The position numbers and the translations under genes were made by a program. Shown here piece by piece: positions 59,731 through 64,000 of a stretch of 64,000 nt of DNA. The stretch is from a virus: positions 32,001 through 96,000 of IMG/VR virus record IMGVR_UViG_3300022890_000014. One strand, 5' to 3'. The notes beneath the pieces are model-generated. The model saw only the letters and a program-made list of their open reading frames with translations, was not told where the DNA came from and ran no database searches. Every line of letters begins with the position of its first letter. The stretch's first letter is position 1.

Positions 59731-59759
59731 CCTGCTCTATCAAGGGCAGGTATTTTTTT
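59731..59759 (+). terminator. Rho-independent terminator
   Basis: CCTGCTCT-ATCA-AGGGCAGG plus T-tract. Confidence 0.6.
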
Positions 59760-59769
59760 AGGAAAAACT

Positions 59770-60132
59770 ATGCCTGATGAAAAGTATATAAGGATAGTAG
59801 GATGCTTAAATGGACTGGACGGTGAGACGCCAGAGCTTCCAGAAGATGAGTGCTTAAATCCTTGCATGTGGAGGATTAATGCACCAGAGTATAACAATTG
59901 TTGCTGGGTTGTATCTGAAACAACAGAGGGGATTAATGATTTAAGAAAGCTTGGAAAGATGACTGGCATGGCTCATGAAAGTGTAAGGATTGTAATAAGG
60001 AATGCTTTAGAGAAGCTACCCAAGAACCTCGAAGAACTAGACGCAGCATGTAAAAAGATAGATGGAGAAGGTGTTAGGGATAGAGTTAGGATTGATAGAT
60101 ACATGAATGATATAATCACAAAACTAATGTAG
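59770..60132 (+). CDS. Sigma70 region-4-like HTH protein with Cys-rich N-terminus
   Basis: 'LRKLGKMTGMAHESVRIVIRNALEKL' resembles TLxEIGxxxGxTRERVRQIExxALxKL. Confidence 0.6.
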   Translation: MPDEKYIRIVGCLNGLDGETPELPEDECLNPCMWRINAPEYNNCCWVVSETTEGINDLRKLGKMTGMAHESVRIVIRNALEKLPKNLEELDAACKKIDGEGVRDRVRIDRYMNDIITKLM

Positions 60133-60170
60133 TTTGCGGTATAAGCCTTTTACGTGGAGAAACAAATTAA

Positions 60171-60187
60171 TGCGTAAGTCTTACGCA
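60171..60187. repeat. 17-bp palindrome copy (central T)
   Basis: TGCGTAAGTCTTACGCA. Confidence 0.95.
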
Positions 60188-60197
60188 AGGATGTATC

Positions 60198-60704
60198 ATG
60201 GCTAAGATTACTAATGAGAAAATGTTCATGGATTGGTTCTCAAAGAACTTAATCAAAGTATTATCACCAGATTCTAAAGTAAAGAGGTTGTCGGACAGGT
60301 CTTCTTCTGGTTATCCAGACCTAATAATTATTACACCTAGCAATGGTGTTGTTGCTGTTGAACTTAAGTTTATAAAACATGAGCCTTCACCTGGGAAAAG
60401 CCCATTCTCTCATAAACTATCTTCTCTACAGGAGAGGTTTCTGGATGACTGGGGTAAATCATGTGGTGGTAAATCGTTTATGGTTACTGGGGTTCTTGCA
60501 AGAGGAAGCAGTGAAGATAGAATAATAGTTACGAGTCACAATAGATTGGGTGAGCTTAATCTACGAGGCTGTTGCTCCATGAACGAGCTTGGGTTAGTAT
60601 CTGATGTATTCTTTATTGACATTGGTGCTGATATTGCAGCATTAAATGATCCTTTCTATGAAGAAGAATGCTGCAACCTGAGAGCACTACTACTAGGAAT
60701 GTAA
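60198..60704 (+). CDS. VRR-NUC/Holliday junction resolvase-like PD-(D/E)XK nuclease
   Basis: E..F, GYPDL, VELK, LSSLQERFL. Confidence 0.75.
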   Translation: MAKITNEKMFMDWFSKNLIKVLSPDSKVKRLSDRSSSGYPDLIIITPSNGVVAVELKFIKHEPSPGKSPFSHKLSSLQERFLDDWGKSCGGKSFMVTGVLARGSSEDRIIVTSHNRLGELNLRGCCSMNELGLVSDVFFIDIGADIAALNDPFYEEECCNLRALLLGM

Positions 60705-60705
60705 A

Positions 60706-61392
60706 ATGGTCAAGGTAAATAAAAAAAGATCTGGGATAGTCAAGCCTGAGAACCTTAGTCCCGCTGAATTTATGAAGTGGAGACATAAGGTTGTAGCAAA
60801 AAGAGGGCAGAGTATATTCAATGATATGGGCATACCTCTACCTGATGAGTTTGAGGAAGTGTCAGAGTATCAACAAGGAGTGTTCAACGATAGTGTTGAG
60901 CAGGCGATCTCCGACAAGTCTAGAGAGATGAGAAGTCAAGATGAGGGAGCACTAGCCAGGAAGGAGTTCGATTTCGTGTCGGAGGACGACTGGTCAACAT
61001 TACAATCGGGTTCTAAGTTTGAAGGCAATCAAGTTAGGTTTAAAGAGTTCAGGGGTAGGAACTACGACATGGAGTATGTTATATCGCCCCCAGATGTAGT
61101 ATGGCATATATTCTATCCATCCAACACTATGATGAATAAAGAAGTCATGATGGAAATACACTCTATACTAAAGCCATTTGTGCCTAGGCAGTGGAGAGTA
61201 TCGTTGTCGTTTGAGAGCAAAGTATCTCCATACTCATCTGCTGTAGAAGGCAGGGGTGATGACGTAATAGAGTGCTGTTCTTACTCAGTGAAGTTCCATG
61301 AGTTAAACCAAGAGCCAGGTGCAGCACATATAATGACTCAGATTCTCAATGAGTTCTTGCAGAAGTTTGTCATGATGGTTCATGCAATATAA
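60706..61392 (+). CDS. Hypothetical protein
   Basis: 228 aa, coupled. Confidence 0.65.
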   Translation: MVKVNKKRSGIVKPENLSPAEFMKWRHKVVAKRGQSIFNDMGIPLPDEFEEVSEYQQGVFNDSVEQAISDKSREMRSQDEGALARKEFDFVSEDDWSTLQSGSKFEGNQVRFKEFRGRNYDMEYVISPPDVVWHIFYPSNTMMNKEVMMEIHSILKPFVPRQWRVSLSFESKVSPYSSAVEGRGDDVIECCSYSVKFHELNQEPGAAHIMTQILNEFLQKFVMMVHAI

Positions 61393-61693
61393 TAGGAGAG
61401 TAATAGTGACACCGAATATGGAAATAGATGTAGTCACATCATTAACCGCCAGATACTTAAGGGAAGAAGCGGAGGGTAAAAAGCTATGTGGATACGGTTC
61501 TATGCTTAATGGAATGGACACTGTGGTTCGCATAGAGCTTGAGGATGGATACTTGCACAACCCGTGTATAGTATCTGGAATCGAGGAAGTTCCTGGCGGT
61601 TACACATATACAATGGTTCATGCGTTCCGTCCGATAGTATATAGAAATGTTCAGCCAGGACAGTTCAGGATAATGAAAACGTTTGATGCGTAA
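61382..61693 (+). CDS. Hypothetical protein
   Basis: 103 aa; stop codon in a palindrome copy. Confidence 0.55.
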   Translation: MQYNRRVIVTPNMEIDVVTSLTARYLREEAEGKKLCGYGSMLNGMDTVVRIELEDGYLHNPCIVSGIEEVPGGYTYTMVHAFRPIVYRNVQPGQFRIMKTFDA

Positions 61694-61703
61694 GCCTTAC
61701 GCA
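61687..61703. repeat. 17-bp palindrome copy (supplies stop codon)
   Basis: Perfect. Confidence 0.95.
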
Positions 61704-61714
61704 GGGGAATAGAA

Positions 61715-61945
61715 ATGCATGACAGTAAAGAAAGGAAAAGGTTGGCTAAGTATGGATTAAACATATACCTAGTAATGTTTGTTGACTGCTCTGACAGCAA
61801 CAACATACTTAAAGAGTGCGTTGTTCAAGAAAGATCAGAATTTGAAGCAAGGATTCGTGCTAAAACACTATTCGATCACGATAGGCACTACTGTCCTAGG
61901 ATTCGCAAAGCTGGCTGCTACAGAATAGAATCATGCGAGGTGTAA
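61715..61945 (+). CDS. Small hypothetical protein
   Basis: 76 aa; AGGGG SD. Confidence 0.5.
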   Translation: MHDSKERKRLAKYGLNIYLVMFVDCSDSNNILKECVVQERSEFEARIRAKTLFDHDRHYCPRIRKAGCYRIESCEV

Positions 61946-62164
61946 ATGATTTGTAAAAACAAAGAGTGCAAGAAAGAGTTTAAAGAATCAGAAATAGATG
62001 AGTTAGAATTCTTTCATTGCTGCGATTGCGACAATATAGAGTATATCATGAGGGTGTGCCCACACTGCGGCTGTGATGTAGATGAGGAACCTGATGATTC
62101 TGCTGATGATGACAGAAAAGCTTATTTAGCACCAGCGGTTCCTCCTGAAAAAATGAAGTTCTAA
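61946..62164 (+). CDS. Small zinc-ribbon protein
   Basis: Multiple Cys pairs; GAGGTG SD. Confidence 0.55.
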   Translation: MICKNKECKKEFKESEIDELEFFHCCDCDNIEYIMRVCPHCGCDVDEEPDDSADDDRKAYLAPAVPPEKMKF

Positions 62165-62182
62165 ATACAAGAGGTTGTACAG

Positions 62183-62482
62183 ATGCCAACAGTTCGTGAA
62201 ACAGTAGAAACAGAAGTGGAAGTAAGATTAGAGTTCCAAATGTGGTGTGGTATTTGTGGTGCTGGAATATGCCACAATACAGAGTATGTAGATGGGTCGG
62301 ATAATCACTTCAATACTTACTGTGATAGCTGCAATGAAGAGAAGGAAAATCTGGAAACTGAGAGGGATGAACTAAAAGAGTCGTGCGAGAGCATGAAAGA
62401 AGAGAACGAAGAATTGGAAGAGAAAATTGAGGAGCTAGAGGAGAAGATCAAGGAATTGGAACTAGAATCAAAACTCGAATAG
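62183..62482 (+). CDS. Zinc-binding + acidic coiled-coil small protein
   Basis: CGIC...CDSC followed by E/K heptads. Confidence 0.6.
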   Translation: MPTVRETVETEVEVRLEFQMWCGICGAGICHNTEYVDGSDNHFNTYCDSCNEEKENLETERDELKESCESMKEENEELEEKIEELEEKIKELELESKLE

Positions 62483-62499
62483 ATTAACGGAGAAAGATA

Positions 62500-62793
62500 G
62501 TGATTAAAAAATACACAAAGATTCCAGTAGAAATCGAAGCGATCCAATTCACTGGATACAATAACGCTCATTGCCAAGCGTTTATCGGTGATAACTTTGA
62601 CAACACAAGAAACTATCCAAACATCAAGACTGACAGAGGAGTGATGAGAGTTAACAAGGGAGATTTTATTATCAAAGGTGTCGAAGGTGAATTCTATCCA
62701 TGTGACCCAGATGTATTCAAGAAAACATATTCAAACTCAAATGAATGTGACACGGAGAAAACTAGTGAAGATAACAGTGAGAACAAGATCTGA
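62500..62793 (+). CDS. Conserved phage protein (PGDYG-like)
   Basis: 'PVEIEAIQFTG...GDFIIKGVEGEFYPCDPDVFKKTY', a widespread phage motif. Confidence 0.75.
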   Translation: MIKKYTKIPVEIEAIQFTGYNNAHCQAFIGDNFDNTRNYPNIKTDRGVMRVNKGDFIIKGVEGEFYPCDPDVFKKTYSNSNECDTEKTSEDNSENKI

Positions 62794-63010
62794 CGCAGAA
62801 GTTGAGAGATGTGGTGACAGATCTGCAATACAAATACATATTGACGAGAGGAAAGTCTTTTCTGTATGTGATGGGGAGCCAGAAGACGCCACGTTGTCTA
62901 GGGACTACAATGATTGCTGGTTCATACCTGATTTGCTAGAGAAAGCTTACAATGCAGGTAAGGCTGGAGAAAAGTTTGAGCTTGTCTACGAAGACGATGA
63001 CGGCATATAA
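62753..63010 (+). CDS. Hypothetical protein
   Basis: 3' part of ORF 62678..63010; likely start near 62765 after ACGGAG; start uncertain. Confidence 0.45.
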   Translation, partial: RRKLVKITVRTRSDAEVERCGDRSAIQIHIDERKVFSVCDGEPEDATLSRDYNDCWFIPDLLEKAYNAGKAGEKFELVYEDDDGI

Positions 63011-63031
63011 AGCACAAACGGAGAAATAACC

Positions 63032-63250
63032 ATGAAAAGATACCTACTTATCCTGTTCTACTCATTCTTCACGACGTACAGCATTGTTTTCGCAACTAAG
63101 TACACACTGATTGCCCAAGGTTTACTTAAGGGAGATGGTGATAGTAGTCACACTCTAGTACCTTCGTGGCTAGGTGCCATTGTATGGGTTGGTGCATGCC
63201 TTGTAGTATGTTCTTCTGGAGCGTTCGCTAAAAAGAAAGAGGAGAAGTAG
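63032..63250 (+). CDS. Small two-TM membrane protein
   Basis: Two hydrophobic segments; ACGGAG SD. Confidence 0.6.
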   Translation: MKRYLLILFYSFFTTYSIVFATKYTLIAQGLLKGDGDSSHTLVPSWLGAIVWVGACLVVCSSGAFAKKKEEK

Positions 63251-63256
63251 ATACTT

Positions 63257-63589
63257 ATGGCAAATATCAGCAAACAAAAACTCGCAGAATTGCTACGTGC
63301 AAAAGAAAAACTTAATGCCTTGGAAAATGGAGGCGTTGATAATTGGGAATGGTACGACAAATCACTGGAAGAATGGCACAAAAATAATGACCTCATCGAA
63401 TCGAGAGAAGAGCTGCTCAACGAGCTTTCCGAGGTGTTTGGTGAATGCGCCTATGAACCATCTGAACGCGGGGCTGGTATTGCATTCAACGACGATCTCA
63501 TGGAAGCAGCCATGAACGTGCTAGAAAGACATGGTGTGACTTTCACTAAAAACAAAGTGATTAGAATCTTGCTAGAGATGACATGGTAG
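63257..63589 (+). CDS. Conserved phage hypothetical protein
   Basis: 'LNALENGGVDNWEWY' motif common in phage proteins. Confidence 0.65.
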   Translation: MANISKQKLAELLRAKEKLNALENGGVDNWEWYDKSLEEWHKNNDLIESREELLNELSEVFGECAYEPSERGAGIAFNDDLMEAAMNVLERHGVTFTKNKVIRILLEMTW

Positions 63590-63693
63590 GTACTTGTCTA
63601 AAGAACAGATCGGGTACTTTGGGTTCGATTCCCATTCAATCTTGGTGACGTGAATACCTGATCATAGTGGGGTTCGAGTCCCCGCCGCTAGCT
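63571..63693 (+). ncRNA. tRNA-like RNA with two T-loops
   Basis: GCTAGAG/CGCTAGC acceptor, GACA/TGTC D-like arm, terminal T-arm GTGGGG-TTCGAGT-CCCCGC, internal TGGG-TTCGATT-CCCA hairpin. Confidence 0.5.
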
Positions 63694-63824
63694 TCACACA
63701 AGAGAGGTGAGAATATCATGACTGATAACTAAAAGCCTGTGTTCGAGATAAAAGAAGAGCAGTTATCAAGAGAAGAGCTTTCTAGGTACGCAACCGAAAA
63801 CGAAGAAAGGTTATCTAAAAAAGA

Positions 63825-64000
63825 ATGACATACGACACTTCAGTTAGTCCGGCCTTTATTGGCATCTCAGGAATCATAGGCGTTGGAAAATCAACACTAA
63901 CCAAAGCTCTATCAAAGAGACTTGGTATTCCTGCGCACTATGAGCCAGTAGAGGATAATGAATACCTCAAAGACTTTTACAAAGATCCAGCCAGGTATTC
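63825..64000 (+). CDS. Deoxynucleoside kinase (partial, runs off window)
   Basis: IGISGIIGVGKSTL...EPVEDNEYLKDFYKDPARY dNK signature. Confidence 0.85.
   Translation, partial: MTYDTSVSPAFIGISGIIGVGKSTLTKALSKRLGIPAHYEPVEDNEYLKDFYKDPARY

Noticed and set aside
42831-59969. Minus-strand ORFs within the replication module
   Set aside because: Antisense shadows of well-supported plus-strand genes (F/S/L-rich mirror of K/E-rich coding)
2019-61703. 17-bp repeats as a CRISPR array
   Set aside because: Copies are kilobases apart and separated by genes rather than 30-40-bp spacers; no cas operon is present (the PD-(D/E)XK gene is a stand-alone phage nuclease)
2019-61703. Palindrome as a MITE/IS end or REP element with a transposase
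   Set aside because: No transposase or RAYT in the window, no evident target-site duplications, and no conserved flanks beyond the 17 bp
1-64000. Alternative genetic code (stop-codon reassignment)
   Set aside because: Long genes are intact under the standard code, and TAA, TAG and TGA all serve as stops

Overview
This 64-kb window is a fragment of a large tailed phage, probably a jumbo myovirus with a contractile tail; no cellular housekeeping context is visible. The left arm (1-29.8 kb, minus strand) is a tail/baseplate module: fibre and wedge proteins, baseplate J-like, gp25-like, a hub with an NlpC/P60 domain, tape measure, and frameshifted tail chaperones. It is interrupted by a tRNA-like/ncRNA island, thymidine kinase and a phage sigma factor. 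The middle holds small accessory genes, a beta-clamp and an SNF2 helicase. A 1.1-kb non-coding region (41.5-42.6 kb, candidate origin) is flanked by two outward-facing sigma54-type (-24/-12) promoter motifs. The right arm (plus strand) is a replication/recombination module: AEP primase-MCM helicase fusion, Gp3-like protein, ParB-like protein, dTMP kinase, PD-(D/E)XK nucleases, GroES-like, YhaM-like, UvrD and dNK. The most striking unexplained signal is a 17-bp palindrome, TGCGTAAG(G/C)CTTACGCA. I counted 33 near-perfect copies by eye, spaced about every 2 kb (largest gap about 3.6 kb). They lie at gene junctions, fused into stop codons, and in frame inside long genes. One copy sits directly upstream of an unusual ParB/Noc-family gene, which suggests a phage-encoded, genome-wide DNA-coating or organising system. 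All calls come from reading the sequence and recognising motifs; no searches were run.
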